From Cycas panzhihuaensis (lineage: Eukaryota > Plantae > Cycadophyta), in the NCBI GenBank assembly GCA_023213395.1, contig CM041465.1:211365741-211429740 (forward strand): a DNA stretch of 64,000 bases, read 5' to 3'. Numbering within the stretch: the first letter of the stretch is position 1; each line of letters starts with the position of its first letter. Position numbers and translations under genes: made by a program. A model generated the notes under the pieces. It had not been told where the DNA came from, did no database searches, and saw only the letters and a list, made by a program, of their open reading frames with translations. Positions 26,538-40,782 of this stretch are shown here, one piece after another.

Positions 26538-27449
26538 TTGACGTGCATTAAACATCAAATCCACAAACGTCTATCGTAATGCTCTTATGTCATTTCACCC
26601 GGTAAATATCACAAATAAAGTTATTATCGTTGATGGTTTGATCTGCTAACCCAATTTTTTGGATTCTATTTGTTAAACTATCGGTGTGAAATCATGAACT
26701 TTAACGGCTAAGGACAAATCGCTGTGCATCAATCAATCAATCGACCGTAGGAGCAGGAAGATACTTAAACAGTAGTTAAAATAAAGGTAATTTATCCGCA
26801 ACATGTTTAAAAAAGAAAAGGACATGTTATCAAAGGGTTATTGAGATTCGAATCGGCTTTGTATACAGCAATAAAGTGAAATAGTTGTGTAAATTTTATG
26901 GTTTATTTAAGTCATTCTTTTGTAAGGTTTAGTTTTTAAAAAATATTTTAAATATTATTTTAGATAAATTATAATAAAAATTTTATTTTAATTAAATTTT
27001 AAAATCTACATTTTGTAAAACTTTGTTGTGGTGAAATTTGAGATATTCTATTTATGAGAGATTTATTATATGTTTGGTAAGAGTGAATTCTTGATCTCCA
27101 AAAATATTGTATGAGTTGAAAATTATTTGTTTTTATACTTTTCTAAGTAATCACGCAAAACATAGGCCCCCATCAAAACCCACAACATGGCTTTCTCCTT
27201 AAAAATCATGACTACACATTATTGTTTTTATGTTATTAATTAGATATATCACATCACAATTTTTCATAATGCGGGATGTGAAGAATGAAAGTTGGTTTGA
27301 TATGAAGAGCAAGCCACTTGCTCTATCAAGGATTTTGGCATTAAAAAAAATGCAAAGAGGATTTCAAAATGATAAGAACATTGGTATCATTATTCTCTTT
27401 GATTGTGATACATAGTACTCCATTCGTTCACTTGTTTCCCATGTTTAGG

Positions 27450-28200
27450 ACATTCCTTAATTTGATTGATTCTTCAATCTTAAAGAATTTCAAGCGTTGT
27501 CTTTAATGATTTTTCTATAATAACTTGTCATTTCCAAGAATTCTTAACTTCATTTAGACTAGTTAAAATTGTGAATACTAAAATCATTTCAATTTTTGCA
27601 ATATTTGTCACTAACCCTTGCCTTTTAAAAGTGTGAGTTAAGAACCTTCCAAATGGTACCATAAATTTATATGTTACCAAGTTAAGAAATAATTTACATT
27701 TTTTATAATCCTCAACCATGTCTCTTAGGTTGCTCAAATGGTTATCCAATGAGCTATACAATATCCAATAATCAAGGCAAGCTCTTACCTTTGTTTCAAT
27801 TGCCTCTTTAACTATATTTGACATGACTTAGAATGTTACCGGGCGTTGGTCAAGCTAAATGGTATTTTTAATAAGCATGGGTTCTTCATGCTATCAAAGG
27901 TGTATATTTTTATTAATCATTTGGAGATATTTTGACCTAATTATAACCATTAAAGGCACTTGTAAAACAATATAGTTTATAGCTAGTAATTATCAAAGAT
28001 ATCTTTAGAAAGTGGTAATGAAAATAGACCTTTCTTGGTGATTTCTTCAATGGTCAGAATTAACACAAATACATTTTGATTCTTCCTTCAACCACCATCA
28101 CTAAGCTCATCCATTAGTATTATCTATGTATTATCTACCTTATAAATATAACCTAACACCAACACCTTATCTAATTCTATCTTTACCTAATCCTTAACCA
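27450..28200 (-). mobile_element. Gypsy RT remnant
   Basis: KFMVPFGRFLTH...GLVTNIAKI resembles KCxFMVPxGxLLGH...G.xTDPAKI. Confidence 0.65.
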
Positions 28201-28749
28201 TGCGATTCATTTGGCGAGGGCTTTGTCATATTAATTTTATACCTTCCACTAATTCTATCTAATACACTCCAAATTTTGATGAAATTCCTTTGCTTTATAA
28301 GACCACACAAATATATATTAATTTGTAAATAATATTAAATCCCTTTGATAATGATTATATCCTAATTATTACCCATGTTTATATTTTGGCTTTAGATCTA
28401 TGTCCATGTATTTATATTATAAACCTTAATTTCTTCTTAATAAATACCTATCTTATCTTCTTCTATCTTGTGAGTTGGAGTCTCATTGTTTGCTCTTTTA
28501 TGTATCATATCCATGCATTTAAGTACAAATTTCCCAATCTTTCTAAGTTGCTCATTATCAATTGAAGCCTCCTAATCTTATACTTCATCTTAAGGGTTAA
28601 GCTTGCTCCTATCTTTAGACCAAGAGTTGTTAGATTATAAGAAAAATAGTTTTATGATTTCTCATTATGTTTTTCTTTTCTCAACAACTTGATCAATTGT
28701 TTTTATTTGTATTTTTATCTTTTAGTTTCTCCTCTCACATATAAGGACC

Positions 28750-31700
28750 TAAGCACCTTGAAGATAGAATAATTAAGTGTTATATTGATGGTTGTTGAGG
28801 AAAAGAAGGGCACAAATGAATGAATCTTGGAACATGCCTTTGTAACAAAGGCTCGAATCAAAATAAATGCTCAAGCTTAAAGCTCAAGGATAATGGATCA
28901 ATCCCCAAGGGGAGAGATTGGAATCTAAAGTAAGATGCACATGAAGATCAACATCCTAGATACCAAGCTTCTCATCAAAGACACCAAGGATCTAATCAAA
29001 GATACCTAAGTCAAAATAGATACCAAAGCCAAGAAAGATATCAAGAAGTTAGCCATTTTTGTCATAATTGCTAAGGTTGAAGCGGCTTTCAAAGATCCAA
29101 TCTAAACTATTCAAGTAATAGACAACACAATAATCAAGGCCCATATTTGGAAAAGGAAAGGACATCTTCCCTAGATAGAGGAATCCTTAGGAGTAGGAGC
29201 CTAACTCAAAGAGAAAATGATGATATCCATTACATATATTGTCATAAGGTCAACCACACGTAAGATAGATGCTTTGTCAAAATGGCCATCCAACAAGAGG
29301 AAGTGCTAATACGCTTATTAAAAATAGAGAAAATGATCACCTAGTTTTATCAAGCCTTGTTGCCCATGAAGAAAAAGATTGTTGGTATATAGACTCTAGA
29401 TACTCCACACATATGACACATAAGAAAGAAATATTTCAAACTATTAACAAGACCCAAAAGGAAAAATTATGTTTGGTGATGATACATCTCATGAATCTAG
29501 TGGAAGGGGTAAAGTCATAATCATATCATACTCAAGAGAAAATAGATATCTTGATGATGTCCTCCATGTTCCATCTCTCAAGAAGAACCTCCTATTTATG
29601 GGATAGATGATGGAACAGAATATAAGGTTGTGTTTGATAATGGTGAATGTATAATCAAGGACAAAAGAAAAACAAAGCTATTGTTGCCAAAAGTAAGATA
29701 ACTAGTGATAGACTCTTTAAGTTAGTCACAACCCCTTTAGATAATTATGCATTGAAGACATCAACCAAGATAGATGATGATATATGGCATAAAAGATTTG
29801 GCCACTTAAACTAAGGCACCTAACCCTCATAAAAAGATGAATATGGTTGAAGGTCTATCCTAAATTGAAGTAGATAAGGACATATGCAAAGGGATGTCTC
29901 CTAGCCAAACAACATAGAGAGAGCTTTCTAGATAGAAGGGGCCACTTCAATTAATCTATACAGATCTTTATGGTCTAACGAACATCCCATCTCCAAGAGG
30001 GAGCAAAATATTTCTTCACTTTTATTGATGACTATACAAGGAAGACATGGGTTTATTTCTTAAAATTCAAATAAGATATATTTCAATGCTTTGTGGACTT
30101 TAAAACCTTGGTGGAGAAGTAAAGCAACCATAAAATACTTTCCTAAAGTTAGATAATGGGGGACTTTATCTTCAATGAGTTTAATACCTATTGTACCTAC
30201 CATAGCATTAGAAGATAATATACAAACCCCTATAGTCCATAACAAAATGTGGTAATTGAACATTAGAATCATAGCATAGTTGAAATGGCTAAGTGCATGC
30301 TTACAAATAAGAAATTGGGATGCAAATTTTATGCGTAAGCCATCTATCCTAAATAGGTGTACCACCAAAGCCCTTATGTGGATGACACCGTAAGAAGTAT
30401 GGATATGTCACAAACCCGCATTCATCACTTAGGAGTATTTGGATACCTTGCCTTTGTCCACATTCCGTAATAGAAAAGGACTAAAGTTGATGATAAAAGC
30501 ATAAAATACATATTTATTAGATACAATGATGTCAAAATCCTATAAGGTATATGATCCAAAGGAAAGGAAGGTTATTATTAGTAAGGATGTTGTATTCAAG
30601 AAAGATGACTTCTATCACCATTTTGACCAAGATAAAGGCAAGAATATTATAATTATCTTTGGTTCATCTCTAAAGTCCACACATATACCACCTAGACTAG
30701 ACCCAAGGTTAAGTGATGAGGAAATCTCTAGTCAATCCGAAGGGTTCCTAAATAGGTCTAAAGAATCCATGACTTACACAATATATTAGATAATAACTTT
30801 GAAAGAAGATCCACTCACTCAAACCGAGTTAACTTTGGCCTCATGAGTTAAGTAATGAAAGTCAATGAGCCTCACACTTTGAAGAGGCAAATACTTAAGA
30901 CGAATGGAGAAACATTGAGGAAGATGAGTATAACTCTATAGTGAAGAATCATACATGAGAACTTATTGATCTTTCTCCCAATAAAACAACTATTGGGACA
31001 AAATGGGTCTATAAGACCAAGTTTAGATCCGATGATCCATCGACAAATATAAGGCTAGACTTATTGTTAAGGGCTATGCACAAAGAGAGGACATGGAGAC
31101 TTAGAATGATGCTAAGTCTAGTAGCCCGTAAAGGTTGGGATATTTACCAAATAGACATTAGAAGTGCCTTCTCGAATGGATACATTAAAGAAGAAATATA
31201 TGTTCAACAACCAAAAGGTTTTGAAGTCAAAGGGAAGAGAATAAAGTATATAAATTTAAAAAGGCACTTTATGGATTAAAACAAGCACCTAGAGAATGGT
31301 ACTCTAGGATAGATAAGTATTATAGAGATCAAAGATTCAAGAAAACACAATCAGTCCAAATTTATACATTAAAATTGAGGAGACTCCATATTGATTACGT
31401 AACTTTATGTTGATGATTTAGTTTACAAAGGACACGACTCTCATCTTTCCTAAACGCTCAAGGATGACATGTATAAGGAGTTTGAAATGACAAACTTGGG
31501 GCTAAGGCAATATTTCCTAGGATTGGAAATATGGCAAGATGATGATGGTATCTTTATTTCCCAAAGGAAAAATACATTGGACTTACTCTAAAAGTTTAAG
31601 ATGAACGATTGTAAAGATTTAGCTACACTAGCAAAAGTTGGAATCAAATTGTCCAAACTAGATGCTTCATCGTTGTTGATCCTACATTGTATAAATAATT

Positions 31701-32315
31701 GATTGGAAGCATAGTTTATTTGATATCAACACGACCCGGATATGCATGCGATTAGTGTTGTGCCTAGGTTTATGTAAGATCCTAAAACTACACATTAGTA
31801 AGCAACTAAATGAATTTTAAGGTATCTAAAAGACACTACAGATTATGCATTATATTATAAACCTTTTTAAATTTCATGTTGATTGGGTATACAGATTCAC
31901 TAAGTGTGTGATGTTGACGATAAAAAATGTATATTTGGATACACTTTCGCTTAGGTTCAAATTTCTATAGCATGGAGTACCAAGAAGTAAAATGCTATAT
32001 CCTTGCCAACAACTAAAGCGTAATATAAGGCAAGAGTGTCAGTCTCCAAATAAAATAAGATGATCCTAGTAAAATATGGTATGATAATCATAGTACTATT
32101 CAGATGACACATAATCTAATTTTCTATAGATGGTCTAAACATATCAAGATACATCACTTTATACGGAACTTATTCAAAGAAGTGAAATAGAATTGGTTTA
32201 TTGTAGCACATAAGATCGATAGTAGATATATTTACAAAGGCACTAAAAAAAAAAAATTCTATAAATTCAAAGATAAGCTTAGAGTTATATGAAATGACCA
32301 TTACAGGGAGAAAGT
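28750..32315 (+). mobile_element. Degenerate Ty1/copia gag-pol
   Basis: YCHKVNH knuckle, WYIDSRYSTHMT protease, WHKRFGHLN, FIDDYTRKTWVYFLK, KWVYKTK, LYGLKQAPREWY, LYVDDL, DIFTKAL; PPT-like agggagaaa at ~32305-32313. Confidence 0.93.
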
Positions 32316-34524
32316 TAATGTTCATTTTACCTAAATCAAGATTGCACAATGATTAATGATGACACAACTAACTTCAATCATTCAAGCCATCGTATGTATT
32401 TTTTTATTTTTTGAATTCTAAAATGTTGATTGATGGTGGGCTCTCTTCCAACATCTCTACTATAAATAAGAGGTCTCTAACCTAAAGGTATTTTTAACAC
32501 TACCTTTATTTTGAATATTTGTTAATATTTTGCTATAGCAATCTTATAGTTATTCTAGTCTATCCCCGCTATCCTTCATAAATATCATTAATAAGCCTTT
32601 ATATATTTACTTTTAAATGAAGCTTCATTTTTCATTCTTCATTAATCAATAATGATATCATCATCATCTATTAAGCCTTTGAAAACATTAAAATAGAACT
32701 AAAAAGGTCATAAATGTAACCTTTGTGAAGTCCAAAGTACTTTGATCAACTTTATCCATTAATATCTCTATCATATGATCCATGAAATATGCCTTATGAC
32801 TACTTGTTTTGACTTCCTTAAAATTCTCTTTCCAATGTAACTAACAACTCAAAAAATAGATACTCCAAAGGAAATGTTATGCTTTAAAATGTGTTAGTAT
32901 ATCATAAAAAATGATGTAGTCCTTAAGAAAATAGGTTAAACCCTTTAGCTAGGACTACGTATCACACTATAATACTATGTGACCATCCAATGAAAGTAAA
33001 GGGGTTAGTATATTTTAAAATTCTATCTAATATAATTAAATCATTTTTGTATTTGTAAAAATAATCAAATCCATTTAATAAATTTTAATATCTATCTCAG
33101 ACATCTAAATTTTAAAATTTATTAAAATAATTTAAATTTTAAAAATTAAATATAAATTATTTTATCTTTATCAAAATTTATCTACCAAATTTATGTGTCT
33201 CTTATTTGGCATTTCGGGTGTTAAACTGGCATGTGTTATGTGACAACTAATTGATTTTTATATGGCATCTATGGCATGGTAGTGTGATAAATTGATTAAT
33301 TCTTGTATAGTATTAGGTAGAACCTCAAAATTAAGTTTGCAATTCTCTCATTTTGTGGCATTTTGTCAAAGTCGTGGTAGACTTTACATCGTGTGATTAG
33401 GCAAATTAATCTATATTCATATGAATTTATAGTCACATCATCTAGCATGGGTGATTAATTTGTAGGTATGACATATCTCCTCTTTAGTTAATTGAAGTTT
33501 ATACTATAATCTTCTCGAGTACGTATAATTTATTCTATAAATGATATAATGCCATAGCAATGTGTTTTAGCATATATTTAAAGAAACCCTAATTTGTGTA
33601 TGACATGAAATAGAAGTATCTATGGCAAAATAGGCAACAATCTTCTCCACTATTGAAGCTTCATACAAGTACAAGAACATTACTTAAAATAAAATGGCTT
33701 GGGGTTGAAGTCTTCACATGACACTTAATGAAATAGATAGTATACTCATCCCAACAGAGGTACATGTGCATGCCAAAATCCACATGCAATGTTTCTACAC
33801 ATAGATGGTAAGACATGCAAATAACCAATCTTACATTTACTATTCTTAATCAATGAAGACACATAATGATTGGATTAGGTGTAGGTATGGTCTCGATCAA
33901 GGCACCTCACAAATTTTGGTAGACAACAGGAGGATATGGCATAGTTAGATTGATGGTGAGCTCATAAAAGGGATCACAGATAGACTTCACATAGTACACT
34001 ATCCATGGTTAGCTCATGTATGTAAATATCATATTTCATTAATTTTAAACCCTAGTTCTCAACTCCTAAAAGTTTTACAAATTTACTAAATGTAATACCA
34101 TCATATAATAAATGCTTATAACTTGTATATTCTCCTTTAAAATAATAATGCTCCTATTAAACCATAAAATAGGTAATCATCATTTTAATCTACCCTTAGT
34201 TTTACTTTTCAATCAATTGCTTATTTATCAATATATTTTATGCACCATAAATTACCTTAACATTCAATTCTTATTCATATTCAATAAGGTAATTCAAATA
34301 GGTATAATCACTTCAATATTATACCATTATAATATCATGCCATAACCAAATCTATCATAGCCTTTATAGCCTCATATTTACCTTCTTTATTATTACAAAT
34401 TCCTTATACCTATTAATTTATCATTTATTATAGTGTATAAGTCTTTTGCTTATTTTACTTATTGATCGAGTACGAACTTGCATATAACATCATCATCTTT
34501 TAACTATTTCTACTTACTAATTAT

Positions 34525-35265
34525 TGGTGAGAAAACTAAGTCCTAATAACTAGAAACTACCACCAAGATCTAAACTATTTCACAACTAGTTACAAGAATT
34601 GAAATTGAAATTTAACATGTAAGTTCCTAAACTAGAGATAATACAATAAACAAATTAGAAAGTCAAAGCATCACAAAATACACTAGATATAACATGATTA
34701 AACCCTAGTAATGTGTTAGGAAAATATCCACACAGAAAGGTATTGATCTTTATTATCAAAGAATAGAGAAATGTACATAATCTGCAATAGAATACTTATA
34801 GTAACAACAACTAGCCACCTCTACTCAATACAAGATATTCAATATATCAAACACCATCAACATAATAAAAACACCCTAAATCAAAGCTATATGAGAGAGT
34901 TATACAAGGCACAATCTCGACCATAGAATCTAGGATATTTTGAATGAACAACCTTGATTCTTTTACAATTGAGTATGTTTTATGCTGCCATCTTTTTGGG
35001 TTCGGGTCCTATCGCCTCGAACCCTTTTTCCGTGGAGGGGTTCTGCGCCTCACACCCCTACCAAGGGGGCTTTACCATCCTTGGATCTCCCTGCGAAAGT
35101 TTGGGGGTGGGGAATGCGTTCTCAACCTACCAAAATTTTTGCCTCCAAAACATTGTTATCATATTATCTTACAATTATGAAGGTAGGTTGGGTGACTAGT
35201 TTTATAAAACCTTAATCACATTGGCAATGGGTTAATTTGTATAGGTGATCTTAAATAATAATAAT
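34525..35265. mobile_element. LTR-like segment with a GC-rich core related to 16585-16750
   Basis: Shared ttcggg..ctatc.cc...gaacc and accaaaatttt..cctcc blocks; boundaries uncertain. Confidence 0.45.
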
Positions 35266-36125
35266 ATCTCCTCATCTCATTCTATGGACTTGATCAAACC
35301 TATATGTTATATATATGTGAATCTACATATATAAAATAAATGTATACAATAAATTTAATTATCAATATTACCCATTAGTTTGGAATATCTATCTTATATA
35401 GTTATATCTTCAGATGCAACTTTTGTCATTATATCTAGATCAATTTCTTCTAGACCTAAAATCTTAGTCATATGTCAAGAGCATAACCGACATAACTAGA
35501 TTTTGGCTTATCAATTTACACACTATATTGACTCCTATACTAGCTCATCATTGGCTCTATAACTAGGTTAATTAGTTTATCAACTTGTTTGTATAGGTTT
35601 ACTACCTATTTGTATAATATCTTTTAGAACATGGCTTTTATACCATCTTAGAATTTATAATTTAACTTTGATATCATATCATGATGCCATTATATGTAGT
35701 ATATATCAAATATGTATAATAAATTAATCATATCATGAGAAATATACATATATATTATATATAAGATGAGCATATCAAATAATATATATAAATCACAAAG
35801 TATAAAATATATCAAACATACATCACAAGATAGACAATATATTTATATATAGAAAACCCAAAAAAAAAAAAATACGGAAGAGGTTGGAGTTGGGAGCTCA
35901 TCTTTGATATCGAAATAATTACATCTCCAAATGAGTCTTTCCTCTCTCTCAAGTTCTCAATCGGTGTGTATACATATTTATAGAATATGTCACCTCATAA
36001 ATATCCTATTACATCTCTTAAGCCTTTTTCATCTAATAGGATGTTGATATAAAAAATTATGCATTGTCATATCTCTCAATATATTTAGTGAGTGAGATTT
36101 TATCTAGGTTTATTATATCATATTA

Positions 36126-36162
<37 letters not shown>

Positions 36163-37566
36163 CATATTTCAATAATTTATCATTAAAAGTTTTATGGTCC
36201 ACAATCTTACCTTTAGTTTCTTAAAACTTGTCCTTAGTTTCCATGAAATTGTTCTTACTTTTAAAAAGTTTATCCTCTCACATATTGATTTGTACCTCTA
36301 GGGGTTGATTTCTTCCTCCTAAACTTTGTCTTTCATAGTAGGCTTTATATACCTACTCTAATTTAGATAATCTATACCATCAAATTTAAGTACCATCACA
36401 TTGTTTATAGTTGAATCTATAATGAAAATGCCTTTGAAAAATAAAAGATACTCGATGTATAAAAGGCGATTGAAATAATAATATAAAATGAGAGGAAAAA
36501 TCACAAAAATAGGAGCAAGTATCACTTAAACATAACATAAATCATTACATTTTCATTCTAATACATTCATACATGTCCCGATTAGGACTAAATCACCTCA
36601 AATAGTAGATTTTATATTAAATTTGAATTAAAATGGGATATTTTACAATGTTTTCCTTAAGGGTCATCTCATAGGAAGTTCATAAAAATATGCATAAACT
36701 TATAGCCTTATAAAACTACATTGAATAAAGTCAAACGAAGCTAAATGACCACTCATTTTGAAGGTGAGTGAATCAATATTATAATGCTTTAGATAAGAGT
36801 AAAATTTGATATCCTATGACAAAGTTACAATCAAAAGTGCATTTAGTTCCAAGTTTTTAAAGATATACTTTAATATGTAAACTACTATGAAAACATTTCA
36901 TCAACCTTAAGACATTAAATGGACCATGAAAAGCAAGCCTAATATATGAGTTTATCCACTCATTAGGATAGGGTGGAAATGTAGATATCAATGAAACTAT
37001 TAATTTTAAAATGGGATTTTGAGTGTGAGAGTTATTGTTATTCGATTAGGTGAAGGTACTTAAAATGAAAATGACTATTTTAAATAGTTAAACCCTCTTT
37101 AAGAATAAGTATCCGTCATGTTAACTACTTTATGTGACTAATAAGTTAAGTGAATGGGTTCTATAAGATAACAAAACTCATTAAAATATAAAAGATGCTT
37201 AAAAATTTTAAAGTGAAGAAAATATTAAATAAAATAAGTACTTTCACCAACTTTTGATGTGGCCTTCTGTGTCTTTAGCTTTGATCTTCAAACTCAAATA
37301 AAAATTTATAGGTAAGACATTTTCCATTTGATCATTATAAAGGAAAAATAATCCTTTTTGCTCAAACTAGACTACAAAGGTAGTACAACCTCTCAAAGTT
37401 GAGTATACATAGTGAAACGAAGGTGGTAGACTCCGCTTAAAGGAAGATGAACTTCACACTCATAACATAAGATCAAAGATAGATGAGCTATAATATATAG
37501 AAAAAATTATAATTTAGATTGTAATGGAAATAGAAATGTAATGCAAACACCAATCATCATAGGATG

Positions 37567-37676
<110 letters not shown>

Positions 37677-38749
37677 ACACTTGAAAGAAAATAAAACAAT
37701 GATGGAGATGTGGCATAGCATAATTACATAGTCAAAACATTATTGTATAAACACATAAATCTTTTGTATTCAATCCATGATGAGTGCATATAGCAAATCT
37801 TCAGTGTGAGCGGTGTCTAAAGACACCAGAAATTACACACCCTCCAAATATATAATTTGGAGGAGGGAAACTTCTCAATCCCTAGAATTTAAATAATAAT
37901 AAAAATTACATAACTTAACTCAAATTAACTTTAACCTTACCTTATACTTACTATCATATGTGAGCACCCATATGTATAAATTGATGGGAGTGGGGTATGC
38001 ACTCGGGTGAAAGGTGGAGTTGGGTGATGATCATTAACCCCAACATTCTCCCCTTAATGGTCATCATGAACAACTTTGTCTCCCTTTAAACTTATAAAAT
38101 TTGAACTTGAAAAACTGTGAAAATCTGTTTTAACTTGATCACTACTAACTCGTCTCATCCTTTTAGCAATATGTGTCTCTTTACCATTGAGTGGTTTAAA
38201 AATCTCCAAGTAAATATAGCTTAATTTAAATATGTAGGTGTGGTTGTAACTTTGACTTTACCTTGATTCAAATGTAGAGGTGTGCAACTTTGACTTTAGC
38301 TTGATTCAAATGTTAAAGTGTGGTCAGAACTTTGACTTTATCTCTTGGAACTTTAACTTAGAGCTAGAGGGTGGCAAACCCCGGTGTCTTTAGACACCAC
38401 ATACTTTTAGGATTTTCTATGTACTCACTCATCATGGATTCAATACAAAAGATTTATGTATTTATGCAATAATGTATTGATTATGTGATTATGCTCCCTA
38501 TCTCCATCAAGTTATTTTCCTTCATTTGGTATCGAGCTTCTTTAGCTCCTTTATTTGGTATTAGAGCATAGATTCGGGCTGTTGAATTTTTTTGAAGAGC
38601 AATAAGATCCATTAGTATTTGAAGTAGATCTACTCATAGAAGAAAATATTGGTTATATTTATCTTCTACAAAGTTTTCTAGCAGGTTCTTGTATTATTTT
38701 TTATCGTAGATATGATTATTCTTTATTTATACATGTGAAATAATAATAT

Positions 38750-39540
38750 TTTTCTAGATCTATGCATAAGCATAAATTGTAATTAGTAAGTATCCAAGAT
38801 TTTATCACTCTATGAAGTTTTATCAACAAGTTTTACATATTTTTGTCAAATAGTTGGCCATTTCTAGATATTTTATTTATTTATTCAAGACTTTTTCAGA
38901 TCTATGCAAGAGCACAACCCAATCAATAAATATTTAAGTTTTTATCACTCTACAAAGTTTTATTAACAAGTTTTACATATTTTTGTGAAATACTTGGCTA
39001 TTTTTATTGTATTTTATCTATTTATTCAATATTTTTTAGATCTCGCATAGAGCACAAATGCAATCAATAAATATTCAAAAGTTTCATCAATTTATGAAGT
39101 TTTATTAATAAGATCTACATATTTTGTCAAATACTTGGCTATTTCTAGTTTATTTTGTCTATTTTTTAATATTTTCTCTAGATATATGCAATATTTTCTT
39201 GAGATCTGCATATTTTGTTAAATATTTAACCATTTTTAGTATATTTGATCTATTTATTTAAGTTTTACTCCAAATCTATGTAATATTTTCTCTAGATCCA
39301 GATATTTTGTTAAATATTCGACAATTTTAATATATTTGATCTATTTATTCAAGTTTTTCTCGGATCTATGTAATATTTTCTTTAGATTTACATATTTTAT
39401 TAAATATCTAATCATTTTGGTATATTTGGTACATTTCTTCAATATTTTCTTGACATCTATATATTTTGTTAAATATTTGACTCTTTTTGTACATTTGGTC
39501 CATTTATTCAATATTTTCTTTCGGATCTATGCAAAATTTA
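38750..39540. repeat. Degenerate AT-rich tandem array, ~60/120-bp units (second copy ~57600-58380)
   Basis: Recurring catattt(t)tgt(c/t)aaata, atttattcaa and agatctatg(c/t)aa. Confidence 0.75.
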
Positions 39541-39771
39541 GTGCATATTTAGCCTTATAAGTCTCTTGGAGAAGTTATACTATAGTAGATCTATCTAGGA
39601 AGAATCTGCTCAAGTTTCAACCATTGTGAAAGAAGTTCTTACGCTTTTAAGTCCATCTTCGTAAATCTACCACAATTGCATTACTAGGTTCTTCCTATTT
39701 TTTCGATTTAAGCATATATATATCTTAGTTCTTTGGTATATCTACCCTAGTATATTTGAAATATTTTAGAT

Positions 39772-39860
<89 letters not shown>

Positions 39861-39922
39861 TGATATACTTTCTTCAATATATTAAATTTTTTTTTATTTT
39901 TTTATTTGTGTCTTCTCTTCTT

Positions 39923-40782
39923 GCTCTTCCCTTTCATTCATAATAAGAAGAGCTACTACACTAGCTACTTGTGCAAATTTGGCCTTTGTAATAAAAGTAC
40001 AGCTTACCTTGTTTCACCAACATAGCATCTCTAGTGAGATTTTCAATTTGATTAGTGCAGTTATCACAAGGATTGGCTAAGGCAAGATGAGATATGTTGG
40101 CAACTTTCTCCTTTGATTCCATGGTCATACCAAATCGGTCCAAAATACTTTATCGTAGGCGTGTGGTATGGTAATAGCTTTGTCCACATCTACCATATTT
40201 ACAATATTACTCTTCATACCATTACCTCATCCCTTAATTTTTGTGATCACTTGGGCATCTTATACCTGTAGAAAGCATCATTATCATTTATATTCCTTCA
40301 TTTTAAGTGAAGTTGAAGCATTAGATAGAAACTCTTTCCATTGAATATTTTGGAACCCTGGGTTTATAGACCAAGTAAGGAACACCTACGGCAATAATCA
40401 CCGCCCCCCTCAAGCTGTTTCATGCATAATTGAGCCAGAGGACTTACGGAAAAAGGTCTCTCCACCTCACGTAAAATAAAAATATGCCTATTAATGTAAA
40501 CCACTGGTTCCTCTCAAGGTCGTGCCATAATACATATTTCTATCACATTTTTGGTGGCTCTAATAAGGTTGAGCACATTCTCAATCCCTCAATGGTAGGA
40601 ATGACAACTCCATGAATAGGAATGAATCAACCTTTCTATAGTTTGGAGCACTTGTAACTTGAGTCTCCAGCACTTATTCTCGCATCTTGGGAAGTGATCA
40701 CTCTTTAGTATTGTTTTCTTGCCAAGAACATAGCCTTCCCTATGAGTGATGACATGCTCGTTCTACGCTCTATTGGCTATAT
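39923..40782 (-). pseudogene. Chimeric cargo copy 1: paladin (40448-40782), NHL (40306-40404), eIF5 (40139-40288), SPPL (39923-40138)
   Basis: Same order and motifs as copy 2, but more decayed (ATG>ATA, CAG>TAG, extra indels). Confidence 0.85.

Noticed and set aside
33150-34020. Possible DNA-transposon end and plant-mobile-domain remnant (HMTLNEIDSILIP)
   Set aside because: Similarity is too weak and no TIR pair or TSD was identified.
34944-35215. Three overlapping ORFs
   Set aside because: Explained by local GC richness of the repeat core.
38750-39540. Repeat array considered as CRISPR-like
   Set aside because: Degenerate satellite with no unique spacers or cas genes, in a eukaryotic context.
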